Shown here: piece after piece, positions 40,227-53,989 of the stretch | Numbering within the stretch: the first letter of the stretch is position 1 | How the letters are laid out: the number at the start of each line of letters is the position of its first letter | Assembly (NCBI GenBank): GCA_036172245.1 | Contig: JAYWIR010000017.1 | Location: 930,001 to 994,000, forward strand | Source of the DNA: Raillietiella orientalis | Lineage: Eukaryota | Reading direction: 5' to 3' | DNA: 64,000 nucleotides | Position numbers and translations under genes: made by a program | The notes under the pieces: model-generated | Told to the model about the DNA's origin: nothing | The model's database searches: none | The model's input: the letters and a program-made list of their open reading frames with translations, nothing else

Positions 40227-41836
40227 GTAGCATTGTATCAAATTCTCTATCAAACGTGTCCCCAAATCCTTCGATTTGCTTGATTATCGCTTCTCCCGAG
40301 CCCGACTTTCCTTTATCAGAACGTTTTGCTTGGCTGAAGAAACGCAATCTTTAGGACTGCCTTTCCGTGATCTCATTCCAGATTAACTAATTATTCATTC
40401 AGGAGATGCTTGTAGCAGGAGCTGATTCGTTCCGAACAACACATCTGGAAGAATTGTGCCTCTCGCAGAAAGAAGCTCCTGCCATCATCCAGCAATTGTG
40501 ATGGCCTCTCGCTCCTGCTTCCTTCCCCCGTTGACCTCCTTCTCCCCAGTAGATCCTAGGAAATAATCTGCCTCGATGACGGCACATTCTGTTCTGGCGC
40601 TGTGCAGGGGGAGCAGCTTCGTCCTAAAATGCAAAGTCGAAAACAGGGGAAAAAAAAAAGAAAGAAGCAGCAGAAAGGGAGCGAGGAAAGAGAATTAGAA
40701 AGGTGGTGGACCCGTTTCATCGGTAAGCCTTCCTTCGGAAAACGGAACCGCACAGCGAGCATCGGAAATGACATCTTGCCGTGAAGTGACCCTGCAGTTT
40801 TTCGAGGTAGTGAGAGAGGGCTATCTCCCAGGCGAGGCAAAGATGCCCAACGCGTTGAGGACAAAATGTTCATTAAGGGGTGTTTGCTCCACTAATTGTG
40901 TTCCTAAGGGAAGATAAGATAAAACAGCAGCCTCGAGCTTCTAGTGGAGAAGACGTCGGGGAATTCATAAATGCGAAAAAGAGGAAAGAAATTATCAAAA
41001 GAGAGCGGAAAGACGAAGTTCAAAAGAACGAAATCAGAGCTGCACGTTCGGTGCAGGGATGATCAGTTTGTTCCTTCCCTCAGTGATTGCAGATCCAACG
41101 TTTGTTTATTTTGATCCACTTCCAAGATGATATAGCCGGAGATAGCAGTCGTTGGCATCTCATTCGCGATCTCGGGAGATCGATGTGTTGCCGACACGCT
41201 CTCCCAGGAAATCCTCGGATGACTCCCCCTCCTCACACCTTTCTTTAATGGCAAATTCGATTCCAGAAAAGCGAATCATTTCGCCCTTTCTGGCATCCAC
41301 AGTCTTGAGGAATCGCTCTTGGTTTAGCACATTGGTGTTGCATCGTTGCATCCCTGACCAGACTTCATCCAATGTTCCTGCAAGAAAGGGTGCGACAAGT
41401 ATCATCACTCGGTGACCTACAAAGTACCAAAAAAGGTCACGTGAATATTTTCCTGCTGGAACTCCCGTGCTTTCAGTAAAGCATCACCTTCTGAGAGCCA
41501 CTTTTCTTCTGGCACCCGATGAGCGCCAAAAGTTTTTCGATGTGTTTCTGTTCCTCCTAAATACCTTGGTCCGGAAGGACGACCAGTTCGAGGACAGATT
41601 ATCCAGGAGAATGGAGTCTCATCTGGTAACGCGAATGATCAGAGACCTTGAGGGATTTCGTTCTGCGGATAAAAAGTAAGCCGTCTCGGAATCCACAGCT
41701 TCCAAGATACCAAGAAGTTTCTGATTTCCCCCCTTCAGTTAGGCTTTTCTACACTTTGGATTGAAAACATCGGAACCTGGTGATTTTTTTTTTTTTTTGG
41801 TGTCCACTTTCGAAAGTGAATTCTTAAGGAGTCTTC

Positions 41837-42362
41837 CCGCGTTGGGAGCCGTGTGCCTGAGGTCTCCGCTCGTGGTACCAAGCGTTGCGGATTCCAATCC
41901 CACTGGGGGAAAGGATGGACGCCGAGAAATGGATGCGTCGTGGGTTTTCAGTCACCCCCACAGGATGATGCTGGTTGGTGCACGGGCTTCGGGTTAGGCA
42001 CTGGTTGAAGCTGAAACACCGGATGCCCCTGTTGAGTGGCCAATATTGTAAGTTGTCCCTCCAGGTCCTTCCAGGAATCAAGGAGTCGGCTCCATTCAGG
42101 GTTCCTCTCTTGTTGAGCAAACTGTGCAAATGGAGCCGTCCTCCATCCCCCTTCGGAGCAGAGAAGGTTCCCTTCCCTACCAAGCGCGAGAAGAACGGGC
42201 TCCTTTTTCCGAAGCCTTCTGAATTCATAGGGTGGTCCCCTCCTTGGGTGCTCCCTAGCTTGAAGAGTTAACACGCACCCTCGGGTTGCCTGGAACAGTG
42301 TTAAAGAGCTTCGGTGAGCCACGAACGGTTCTTCAGTACTTTGCGAACCAAAAAAAAAGAGC
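41837..42362 (+). mobile_element. tRNA-derived SINE-like element, copy 2
   Basis: Same head and tail as copies 1 and 3, A-rich end, flanked by TCTTC direct repeats (41832-41836 and 42363-42367). Confidence 0.75.
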
Positions 42363-45300
42363 TCTTCTCGAGACTAAGGTAGTTCTCACGTTCACTATCC
42401 TCTCTTTCTACTTCCTTTACCGTTGGTTGTATGTGTCAAATGCAGACCTGCCAAGGAGTCCCTGAATTCTGTCACGGGGAAGGGCAAGAACAGGACTCCA
42501 TTCCGAGAGATGCTCCCGCTTGAAATGCAGAGAAGCACTTCCGCAAAAGGAACGGAGAAGAGACAAATGGAATTTTGGGTCAATGAGAAAAGAGTTCTGA
42601 AAAGTACAAGTAAGAAGAAAAGGTTTGTGTCTATTTTTTTCTTCTAGTTTTCAAACAAGGGTCTCAAAGTAGGAGTTCCGAGGCAGCGCGTTGAATTATC
42701 GCCTTTAGTGAAGAATTCACGACCTGCTTCGATGCCTCATTCTGAAACTTATTCCGAATTTTATGCCCGCTTAAGGCTTACATTCCCGGTGAATAGTCAA
42801 GCGACCATCTGCAGACGGTTCCAACACTTAATTCAGTGTATCGATTTTGTTTACCGTCCATGTCTTCCATGCTTCATTTATTCAAATTTGGGTCACGGTC
42901 TGAAGATACGATGACGTAAGAACGCAGACCTTGCATGATATTTAGGTCAAATCTGTCCCGTATGGATTGCTCTTTCTTTCCTGTGAATCCTGATATTCTT
43001 ACCCGTGAGGGTGTGCACAGATTTCGGAACTTCTTTTGCTTCTGCACCATTATATGTTTCAATACCAATCTATATGTCTGGTATACTTTATCTCCAGGAA
43101 TTTCGCCTCCGGTGCTTCACCTTTAATCCAGACGTGGGGCCTGAGATTCTATTATATTCAAAGAGTCTTATAAGCTCCTTAATGGAATCCATGTGCCTTC
43201 AATAATACTTTTAATAAGAAGCTTTTGAAGCTTCCTTCTCATTGTCTCTACCTCCAACGAAGTCCTTGATTCGTGCTGTGAAGATCCCAGCATGTTCTGA
43301 AGTTTCTCCATTTCTCCAGTTATTTGTCCTCATCATTTCACTAGACTTTGTTTTAGAGGAGTTTGACCCTCTCGTCTTAGAATGAAGACTCTTGTAGAAG
43401 TTACTTTAAGTTGTGAACTTTGCATCAAGGTAGCGCACCCCAGGGATGCCGATGTCGCTTTCTTTGACTGTTGTTACCAAGTCACAGACGGTTTGCATCT
43501 ATGTACACGTTGTACACGCTTCGGCCATCTATATACTTAAAATGAACTGCAAAGGGTTCTCTTCACCACAGTTGGGGAAAGCTGCGCTTGACGCAGTCGT
43601 GGCGAAATCTGAAAAGTGGCCATAATTGGCAAAGGGGCTGTCGCGCTCACTCACGAGACCACTATTTTGCATCCAGGATGATGAAGAAGGAGCGGGTTTT
43701 TACACGGTAACAAAGCACCATACGAAACCTCTCTTCATGCATGAACAAGGTCTCAGGTCTGAATTCGTCAGGTATTTCTGAAATATTCCATCAGTCCCTT
43801 GGAGAGAAAATGGGGATTTCTCCGCTTTCTCTCCTGTGCTGGGAAGGAAACCTGAGCCCGTTTCAGAATAGGGCTCTATTGCAGGATCCAACTTCATAAA
43901 GGAAGTCATACTTCATCAGGATCTTTGATATAGGGTGATTATCAGGAGACCACAGGATTTGGAAGAATAGGATTGGCGGGATTTCTGTGCGAGTCTAAAT
44001 CTGGTCGCCTATCGACAGTCCGGAAAGATCCGGAGTACCTGGTCAACCAGGAGTCTCCTTGCCCGGGAACAGGAGAGGGCTCCTACCTACTCCGGGCCAA
44101 ACTCTCGAAAACCGTAGCATGTTCTGGTCCCCGAGGGTATTGATATCTCGCCGAATCTCGTCGAAGGGGAAACGAACTACAAGATTGGCCGGTTTGTTTT
44201 TGAACATGATGCTGGAAACTGCTCAAATCCTGAGGAACGAAAATCTGTCCTCTTAAGCTGCTGATCTTTTTGAAAAAAGAAAGTACTGGCTGAGAAAACG
44301 CAGTATCACTTTGATCTTAGCCAAAAGGCCGAGAAGCGACTGGTACTTTCACGAATTTCGAAGATCACGGAAGAGATAGTGAAGTGCCTTGATTTGTGAA
44401 TTTTAGACCAGAATGATGACCAAATGATTCCAGGCTGAAAGCAGAGGCACTGTTGACGAAACGCAAACCTATTATTTGGTTCCGTACGAGTGGGGGAAGA
44501 CAAAAAGGTGATCATGAGAAGATAGGATATATAAAATCACTCTCTTCAGGGATTCTGGACGTCATTAATTACTGTTAGAAGAGTCAACATACAAAAAAAA
44601 GCTTTTTTGGCTCGTTGAATTCCCGCTTAATTATTTTCAAGAGCACAACACATTCCTACCAGTTTGAGCTGTTCCCTCTTTGTTTTGGAAGCGAATTCCT
44701 TCACTCATTCTTTCGAAAAAAAAAAAAAAATTCTCCTTCCATCCGGAAATTGTTTGTGCCCATTTCGTAACTAGTTACTTGATGCCATATGGTACCAAAA
44801 AGATAGAAAAAAGCTCAGCAGTCCTCTTCATACGAGGGACTCATTGGATGTTTTCATTGCTTCGCAAAAAAAGTCTTCTTTACCACCTGTTTTTTCGTCT
44901 CGAAGGCATCATTACAGGAAGCATCGTCTTATAGAGATTTTTTTGCTCATTGGGGAGCGTGTAAAACTGATCGCGAGATCTGATTGTTCTCTTTGTGCTT
45001 TGAATGGTCAACTTCGTTCTAGAAACCGGAAAATGGATAGCGTGTCTCTTGGGAGACTTGGCTAGTTGGTAAAGTTGCTCAGGATATTTTGAACCGGAAT
45101 GCCAAGATGCTTTAAGAATCTCCCTTTATAATCCTCATGACAAGATGCTGCTCCTGTTAGCAAAGAGGACTAACAAGGTGTACTTTCATTTAATGGAAGT
45201 CTTTGGTCTAAATCACGCTGAATAAATTTTCATTCCTTTCCATAGGGAGTTATTGAACTGAAGCCCTATGGGATCGAAGAAGCTGGTTTTGTCGTATAAA

Positions 45301-46453
45301 TGTATGCTTTTTCCATCCATCTTCATGGATCCTTTTGAGATGGAAAATTTTACTAGCTTTGTCTTACTAAGAGCTTGAAGAATCCACGAAAAGCCTACAT
45401 ACAGGTTCTTTTTTCCAGAGAAGGTATAGATGATGACCTCAATACAGGAGGGAAGCCATCACTGAGGATGAATCTCTCCGTTTCAACAAGTATACCAGCA
45501 TGTTATAGAAGTTCCTGTTCTTGCCCGAGTTTCCTCGAGGGTTTTTTTTATTTCCACAGAAGCAGATGAAAGAAAATAAGGTGCACCAGTGCCGTGCAGC
45601 TGAGAACTCACAGTGACGGAATGGTTCATCTGTTGCTCTCCGATGAAGCAACAGATGAGACACCGAAATAGATCTCGAGAAATTGCTCTTTATAAATCTC
45701 GTGTGAAGAGAAATGAACTCTGCGAAAGGGAAGAAATGAACCGGACGCAGTCATTTTAAGAATCATTGCGTCCGTTCTTATCCACGAGCCATCCAACGTC
45801 ATTTCACCTCTTGAGAGGCTGTCCATGCATCTGCTCAAAGAATTTGGTCCCAATATAAAGGGGAGGCGTAATTGTAGAAACTTCTCTTCCTCGTACCCAG
45901 TGATCTTGGCTCCTCAGACAATCTCCCTGATCTTTCCATGCTCCCCGAAGAAATTTTCCGAATCCACAACCGATTCGATCAAGAGGTTCCTGTCGAGTCC
46001 TTCAGAGTGTTGCAAGAAACTCATCTCGCATCATCTGTTTTTCCGCTCCTTCTAATTCCCACGGATCAAAGTGGCTTCCAGGAATCCTCATACCATTTTG
46101 TCGTCTGCAGACTCAGATAAGATAAGGTTATCCTGCCCAATGGATGGAGAGGAGGTATCTGCAAATCATTAAACAGGATGGAAGATGATGATGGCATCTG
46201 TGGTTCAGATAGAAGCCGGCATGTTTCGGTTTACATCGAACGAAAACATGCGGTTGATAATGCAGGCAAAGATATCTTACTCGGGATGACATGGCCGAAG
46301 CTCCGGAAGGGAGGGCAAATCGCAGAGGCTCCTGCGGACGGATTGAAGGAAGTGTCCCCGTGTGTGCGGGATTAGCTGCGAGCTGCGAGAGAGGGCGGAC
46401 AGTGTGCGAGTCGTAGGGCGTGAAGCTGAGACGCTCCATTTCCCCGCAGGTGA

Positions 46454-46893
46454 TGCTCATTACTTATGCATCGATGGAAACGAACCGGGTATCATCAGGG
46501 CCTATCGATTTCAAAAAGGGGGAGGTAGGCGAAGGGTTCTCGTTGAGAGACTCCTGGAGCCGTGTTTGCCTTGTTTTCCTGGAAGCAAGGGCCTCTCTTA
46601 TGGGTTGTGATGATTACCACTGCCATGCAGCTGATCAATAATCGATTTCCATTTCTGAGACTCTTCTCCTTAGGTACTCGGGAAGCTGCTGCAGCTCAGC
46701 GAATGTGTTTATTTTGCTCGTTTTTGCTCATTACTTACACATCGATGGAAACGAACCGGGTATCATCAGGTCCTATCGATTTCAAAAAGGGGGGAGGTAA
46801 GCGAAGGGTGCTCGTTGAGGGACTCCTGGAGTCGTGTTTGTCTTGTTTTCCTGGAAGCAAGGGCCTCTCTTATGGGTTGTGATGATTACCACT
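46454..46893. repeat. Near-identical ~168-bp direct duplication
   Basis: tgctcattactta..gaaacgaaccgggtatcatcagg..tatgggttgtgatgattaccact occurs at 46454-46621 and 46725-46893, separated by about 100 bp. Confidence 0.95.
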
Positions 46894-48407
46894 TTTGTTT
46901 ATTTTTGTTTTTTTTTCTCTCCCCGCAGCTAAAACCGTGTAAGCATATCCTGGGTAGCGTGCTTTCTGGACTCCCATGGGCATAAGCACCAGAATCCCAG
47001 CTCCTACTACACAGGGAGCAATCGGTGACCTCAATCTTCCACTTACTTCAAGGTGCTCAGTTATGCCTGGATCACTGTGAGGAGCAGAGGTGCTTCTTAC
47101 CTGCATGGTGGGCTCAAACGCCTCACGGGCGGCGTGAGTGCTTCTCGAACAGTTCTCCCAAATCCTTAAAGCATCCAAAAAAGACGGGACGAACGAGACC
47201 TATGTCTTCCTTTCTCGATCGCGAGCTACTGGGCTTCGTATCTTTCGGCGGAGCGAGTCCTTCTTACCGAGCTGAAAGACTTCCAGCTGTTCGGCGTGGC
47301 CCCTGAGCTCCGAGAAACGAAGATGTAACCGTTTGGATGAAGCACTACCGGGCTGGGAAACAATGCCGCGTCGATGGTCTCTTCAGAGTCTCTCGGAATC
47401 TCCCTGAAGATGAAACGCGGCGGAAATTCCCCGCCCTTTCGCAGCGGACAATTAAAATGCTCTGCGCTCGCGTTTCTCCCGACCCAACCATCAATAAGCA
47501 GATTTTCAGTTTCCATCACAGGGAAACGAATGATTCTTGTATGGGAAGGGAAAAATTCCGGACTGATGAGCCGAAGAAAACAAACAGCGGTGCATCCATG
47601 ACGATAATGTATCTGCATACGATTAAAGCAGAGAATTTCAGGCAGGAGGATGCAGACAGGAGGAAAAGCCTGCCTGCATCCTTTGAAGGGTTTGTGCTTT
47701 ACTTGAGGGCGTACTGAGATAAATGAAAGAGAGCAACGTGGGGTTCACATTGGATTCCTTGGCCTTCCGAATGAGCCAGAAGTGTATGCGACCAAATGGA
47801 TCTGACTCATGGGCTGGAAGATACAAGAGCGAACTTCCCAAAATAACGATGTGCCACATAGGGAACAAAACTGGAAAGGAAAGCAAACCACCATCCTTCG
47901 AAAGCTTCCTACGAACGAGACAACCACGAAAAGGCGTCCTTGTGGGTGCTCCAGCCGAGCATCCAAGCCATCAATGGCGCTCGCTGCCTTCGGCCGCTGC
48001 GAGATGCGTGACTTGACTGAAAGCTCGCAGCTGGTTAGGCGAGATATGGACCTTCGAAATGCTGTCCCAAGGGAGAAATGAGGAGAGCCAAGATCAAACC
48101 ACCGTGGCGTTTTCTCATCACCGTGTTTCAGGAGGCTTGCGTGGGAGCAGTGCTTACTTCGTCCAGGTGACTCTTCTCGTTCTGAGCGAGCGCTTTATAG
48201 AGCCTGCGGAGGTCCTGAGAATTCAACTCCATTCCTCTCATGAACTGGAATTTTGACCCATTTTAACCAATTTATTGAGCTGAAGAGAAACGATTTTATC
48301 TGACAGAAAGAATTGCAAACGCAGAAAATATTATGTAGGAAGACTCTGTACCATCTTCCTTTTCTTCAAGCCTCATCCATATGTAACCAGGGGTCCCTGG
48401 TCATGTA

Positions 48408-49130
48408 CGAGAAGAATTTCAAAAGTAAGAACCGATCGGATATAAAGGAAGAGTGTCGTTCAAATGCAAGCGACTTCTCGAGGTGCAGGAAGGAAGACGT
48501 GGTAGCCACTGGGCAGGACTGTAAGGTGGGTGGGTGATCAAAAAGTTTCCATTTGAATTTCTGGATTGTCTGGAGTGTGCGAACAGCATGTGTTGCCAAG
48601 GCGCGCGTTGTCGTGAAGAAGAGAGATTCCTAATCTCAGCATTCCATGTCGTCGGTTTTGAATGGCACGCTTCAGTTTCGAACGTGTTCTACAGTGGACT
48701 TGCGAAGCGATGGTTGTTCCAGGCTCCATAAAGTCCACCCTTTTGACCCCACACACTGCTGTTCGCACATTCCAGACAATTCAGAGATTCAAATGGGAAC
48801 TTTTTGATCACCCACCCACCTCACAGTCCTGCCCAGTGGCTACCACGTCTTCCTTCCTGCACCTCAAGAAGTGGCTCAGCGAATCGAGAGGGAGAGCGAG
48901 GAGTTGAAAACTGCAGTGCTGCTGAACTGCCTGAACTCCCAGGAGGCGGAATTTGATGCCGAGATTTCAAAAAACCCGTTCCACGGTATCAAAAGTGTTT
49001 GGAAAAACATGGTGACTGTGTAGAGAAATGACATGGGAATGTACGTGTTTAGCACCGCTCACACATTTTTGTTTCTCTTATTTACTCTTTCTTTACGTCC
49101 GATCGACCCTTACTTTTGAGATGCGCCTCG
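48408..49130. mobile_element. Non-autonomous mariner (Tc1/mariner) derivative with internal inverted duplication
   Basis: TA-flanked imperfect inverted ends: TA|cgagaagaatttcaaaagtaagaaccgatcgg and ccgatcgacccttacttttgagatgcgcctcg|TA. Transposase C-terminal remnants are LKRAIQNRR..LLHDNAR (minus) and FKWELFDHPP..FLHLKKWL..EELKTAV..PRYQKCLEKHGDCVEK* (plus), with frameshifts. Confidence 0.88.
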
Positions 49131-49849
49131 TATTTATGAAATTTATTAGTGAAGAGTTACTCCTGGCGAGCAATGGCGTGGTGTCGACACAGCTGGTACA
49201 GTCATTTGGCGAGTCCACCTCTTGGTTGTGCTTTCGAAACGCTTGGAGGTGATTTCCATCAAAGACCGGAGACTACGATACCCTTCCTGAAGATGGTGAG
49301 TGTGACTACCTGAAAAGCTATCTCGGCAAGAGAGCGAACGAGTGAGTGAGTGACTGGAACCTAAAAAAAAATAAAGAGGCTGACACCTCTGAGAGAGCAA
49401 TTCAAGGAGACATGCGATGTTCGTGGAGGTCAGCGTGGCAGCAAATTTCATTGCCAACTGCCTGAGGAACAACTCTTGCGTGGAGTTGTCCGAACTGCAG
49501 TGTTCGAAACTGCGCTGTCGTGGGAGTGATGGCCTTCCATCACTTGCAGTGGTTTCCCAGCGACCCAAAGCGAGGCTCGGAGAAGAGATGCTTCAAGATG
49601 GAAGGTGCATTCGGGAACCTGCTCTGAAACGCTTGCTTCTCCAGCAGCCTAGATCCAGACCTCGTCTTTCGTTTCTATCCTGTGCACCTGTCGATCGCAA
49701 TGCCTCCGGGTTTCCGTTTCGCAGTGATCGTGCAGCGGAGATGGAAGCGACTCAAAACCGCTTACTCACCAACTGCTCCCACAAGATTCATGGCTAAGGA
49801 TTCATGCAAGATCGCTATCGGAAAGGACTCTGGGTGTTCGGAGGGTTGA

Positions 49850-50440
49850 TTTTCTTCTTCTTTCCCCTCTGATTTGGGGACACCAAGACGAGCGTAAAGC
49901 TTATTTCTTCAGAATGTCCTCCACTCCGGACTTGCATGACTCTTAGCCGGGATGGGTGACTGACGCGATCTCGAATCCGAAGCCATCTGTAAGAGTGCCG
50001 CTTACCTGGAGGAGGTTTGCACAGGGGACAAGCACTCCGGAGGCAACAACAAAAGGCTTCACTCTGGGAGACATTCTTCATCCTGCCGCACGGCGACTTC
50101 TTCTGCCTGCTGCTTATGGGAATCTCCTTGTACCAGATATTCCATCGCGTGGCTAGCGCCGTCTGGAGGATGCCCCAATCGGTGAGCTCAGCAGATGTCT
50201 CGACTGCATCGGAGGATACCGTAAGTTTCCTTCGTCTTTTCCACATACAGCCTTGGGAGAATCCAGCTTTCGGAGGACTCCACACCCGAAGTCTGAGAGT
50301 CAGCCAGCGTCCTGTGGGGTAAAACTCGAAATCCATGATGCGTCCATCCCCCGATATCGCTCTTTTACGCGTGTGCGAACCCGCGATTCCAGGTGAGGTG
50401 CAATGCGCGGAAGCCGTGGCCACACAGTCACCAACGCGGG
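49850..50440 (-). mobile_element. tRNA-derived SINE-like element, divergent copy 4
   Basis: The reverse complement begins cccgcgttggtgactgtgtggc and contains atggacgcatcatggatttcgagt..ccccacaggacgctgg..cttcggg, matching copies 1-3. The 3' boundary is approximate. Confidence 0.6.
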
Positions 50441-51889
50441 AAACACCGCGCCTCTCATCCGATTATGACCTCAAGTTCCAGGCAATGCTTAAAGATGTTC
50501 CTTCACTCTGTCGTAGCTTTAAACACAAAAAACAAAACAGGACACATGTCTTCCCTATCCTAAAATGACTGCATTTTAGGAATTTGGAACGGTCGCCTTT
50601 CTGGAATGCAAGAGTTCGCAGTTGCTGATGCAGGAGGAATGATTCCTGAAAATATAAAATATCGCGCATCACCGATCGTTGGAATCTCTCACTTCCATCT
50701 CTGCTGTTCCTCTCGACTTTCTGACAGTCTGACAGGACCTAATTTTATCGGGAAGGGGGAGCTTTGAAGTTTTAGGTGGTTCTACTTCTACGAAAATCCA
50801 AACAGAGCCCCAATCTTCTAGATAATCTACGGACGCTGGAGGCGCAGGAAAAACGTGTTGTTTCCGGAGCTACCTGGTCATTTGAAGTCCTAGAGTTTTC
50901 TTGCGGGTGAGAACAATTCTCCTTCCAGGCGGCTCTTCCAGGAAGGCGAAATGACGGCTGAGGTACAAAAATGGAGTTTGTTTTTCAACCCTTCCGCACT
51001 TCCCGAGCTCAGCCGAAGCTTGGATCTTTGGACCCGCTTGCGTGTTTTCCGAGAGATTTCAGCTGAAGAGCACGGGCAATTTTTCACCAACTGTGACGCG
51101 TATTCTCGTACACCTTGCTCTTCTCAGATGCTGCAATCTTTGGGGAGCCACATCTTTGATCACTCCCTGTCGTCTACTTTTCATGTTCCCTGAGTTACCG
51201 GTCACGGGGTAATTGGCAATCCTAATTAGCAGCAGCCTGCGTGGATGCCTTATCTTCGACCTCCCCAGCGGCAAATAGTTGGATCGACAGAGATGGAAAG
51301 GTGGGAAAGTTCAAATCTGTGATACAGAAAGAGCAGTTGAACAGTAATTTTCTTCAGAGGCCAAAACTGAGGCATAGGATGCCTTCACATATATGTTCAC
51401 ATACGCGTTCCTGTATGCTGAAGTGCATCATTATCCTGAATTCCTGAGGCAATCGGGATTCCTGTGAAATTGGAACTGTTGCAACTCTGCGCCTCCGACC
51501 ATCCAGGAATACTTTTGCTCTCCACACCTCATGAAAGGCGATCTGGAGTGCGTAAAGTGCGTGAAGCTGCCGTCTTCCCGTTGTCGGGCATCGCTGCAAA
51601 TCGGTCTGCATCTCGCAACCCGGGATCCTCTCGCCGGTTCGATACGCAGAGCCTTCTTGTGATCTCTCGTGTAAACCTTCCAGCCTATTCGGTTCCGTTC
51701 CTTCTACTTTATGACAGGAAAAAAAAAAAAAGCGTTACCATGGCTCTTCCTTCGCTAGCTCGCTATTTACTCCCCTTCGCTCACGAAGACCTTTCGGCTG
51801 CATGGTTATTGCAGAGATGCCCTGCATCATTTTTACCAGAGGATGCAGACAAAGCATGCATGACTTGACGCCGGGCATTACGCAAATGA

Positions 51890-53300
51890 AACTCCCGCAT
51901 GGGAAGAGTCAAAGTCACACCCTGGAGCATGCAATGGGAACTGCTGGAAGAGTCCGGCAATAAACGTACCTTTCAAACAAAAATTGGTGTCGATTCCCAT
52001 TTCCTCAGAGGAGAATATGGTAGCATCTTCACGGAAGAGTGAGGATCTGCAAAAGTCATGGAAGGAACGTCCAGCTGATGGCGTGCTGCTTGCTGCTAAT
52101 GGCACATGGGGAACAGTGGGTCTGGGGACCATGGACGCGACTGTGATCTCACTGCACACTGTAAATAAATATGTATTTTGAAAAGTTTGGCGCAAAGAAT
52201 GCAGCTGAACAACCAAAGCAACAAAGGAGCTGTGAGGTGGAAACAGGAATATAAATGAATCACGCTCGTTAAAAAGTGTAAGAGAGGGATGCACACTGTG
52301 CACAAATAATTAATAGGGAGATGCGAAGATGATTGTGCATCGGACATTAACTGTCAGAAAGAATAGCTTTGTACTGAAGGAACTTATAAATTAACTAGGC
52401 CTTCGTAGAAACAGGGAGCACATAAGTTTTTCTGATATTCTCGGAACAGTACTACCAGCCAGTTCCATGTAAATGAATGATCAACCCCCAGCTGAGGCTG
52501 GAGAGAAAATGATACTTGGTAATGAGACCAGTAAGAATTAAAGCTGACGCCGCCGACCGCTTCAGATCTCCCTTTCCGGGAATCGGGATACCTGAATAAT
52601 GGAGAAGCATGCAGAGTGAACACTTGAATGCATCATAACCTTTGGTCTCGCTCGAAAAACAGCACAAACTACATCATGCAGTCCAATCCCTGGGTCATTC
52701 CTGCAACGACCATCAGCGCGCACTAGCAGTAGTCCAACTCATTTCTTCTGGAAAGATGTGAGTGGTGATCCTGCGAGGCATGGAAACCAAAGTCGCACAC
52801 AGGACTGATCATAATTTTTCCGGAAAGCAGAACTAGACTCCAATTAATCACTTCCGCTCGCTTTTCTCTCGGCGTGATCGGTCGCAACGCGACGCGCCTA
52901 ATTTATTTTGGGATAGGAGAGAGAGGAGAAGCAAAAAGGAAATGAAAAATAGAAAGACAGAATTTCTTCAAAGGTTGCCGTGGGCTTTTCATTTTCGCGC
53001 TGCTTCAGGTGGAAGATGGCTTTCAACTTTGGGGACCGCACTATCTGGGAGAAGGAAGTATAAGTGGAAGAGCGTGCGGAGGTGTACAGCGGAAGCACCA
53101 CACTCCTTCGTTTCTCCATCACTGTGATCTGCCAGATCACTCACGAGCTGAATGTTGTTCCAGTTGTGCACGGAGGTTGTGACGCTGCCGCGGGAATGGA
53201 GCTCGTGAGATTCCCACGAGCTCTGTCCGCCAGGGTATGGGACCAAAGAAGAGAATTCGAGTGCAAACCCTTCCCCCCCTGTCCTCGTGTTCTGATGGAA
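51890..53300 (+). pseudogene. Possible decayed thrombospondin type-1 repeat gene fragments
   Basis: Frame-broken TSP1-like words: RVRIC, NGTWG/QWVWGPWT, SVRRC and PVVHGG..WSS..CPPGYG..KRIRV. Confidence 0.25.
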
Positions 53301-53989
53301 GAACGCATACGAATGTGGCGCAGGAGAATTTGGCTGTTGTCTGGCAGCGGTCCGATTCAGGCAAGGGGAACTCGCTACCCTCGGGACTGCAGACCGCAGC
53401 ATCCTCACGTCTTGAGACTTTCCTGAAACTGCTTTCTGAGGGTACTTTCTGAAACCTTCCCAAAGAAGGCACTTCCCAAAAGTACTTTGGGAAGAGAACT
53501 TGACAAAAGAACTTCTTTGGAAAGTTGACCTAACTAAAAGGTAACTGACCAGACAAAGTCACAGTGCCCTTGGTTAAAGCTGAGACCCTTTCGCTTCCCT
53601 TCTGGAATTTTCTTGCAGATTTGACAAGAGTAATTGCTGATCAAGGAAAAGAACTGGTTTTCTTCTGCCTCCTCTAACTGTTTTCCCATGTAACCATCGT
53701 CCACTCCGGCGAATTGAGTAAGATGACATCTGATGGCTAAAGTCATGACGTCACAGAGCACCAACGTAGCGCATTAGCAGCAAAAAAAGGGGGAAAAATT
53801 CTAAATTCTGGACATTGGCATTCTCTGAGCGCAAAACTATGATCCGCAACACCTTTCCTAAGCGGACCCGTTCAGAAAAAGGGCTCCCTACCGATGCTCT
53901 CATTGGTCAAATCAGCTGCTCGCACAGCCGTGTCCTCTCACAGCACATCCTTGCTTCCAGGGAGGTTACAGGAGTGCATGCGGCACCAC

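Noticed and set aside
46178..46375. DILLGMTW resembling a retropepsin C-terminus
   Set aside because: No catalytic D(T/S)G motif and no adjoining gag or RT remnants.
49815..50423. ORF with MDFEFY resembling a piggyBac transposase
   Set aside because: The DNA is the reverse-strand SINE head (atggacgcatcatggatttcgagt), and no other convincing transposase motifs are present.
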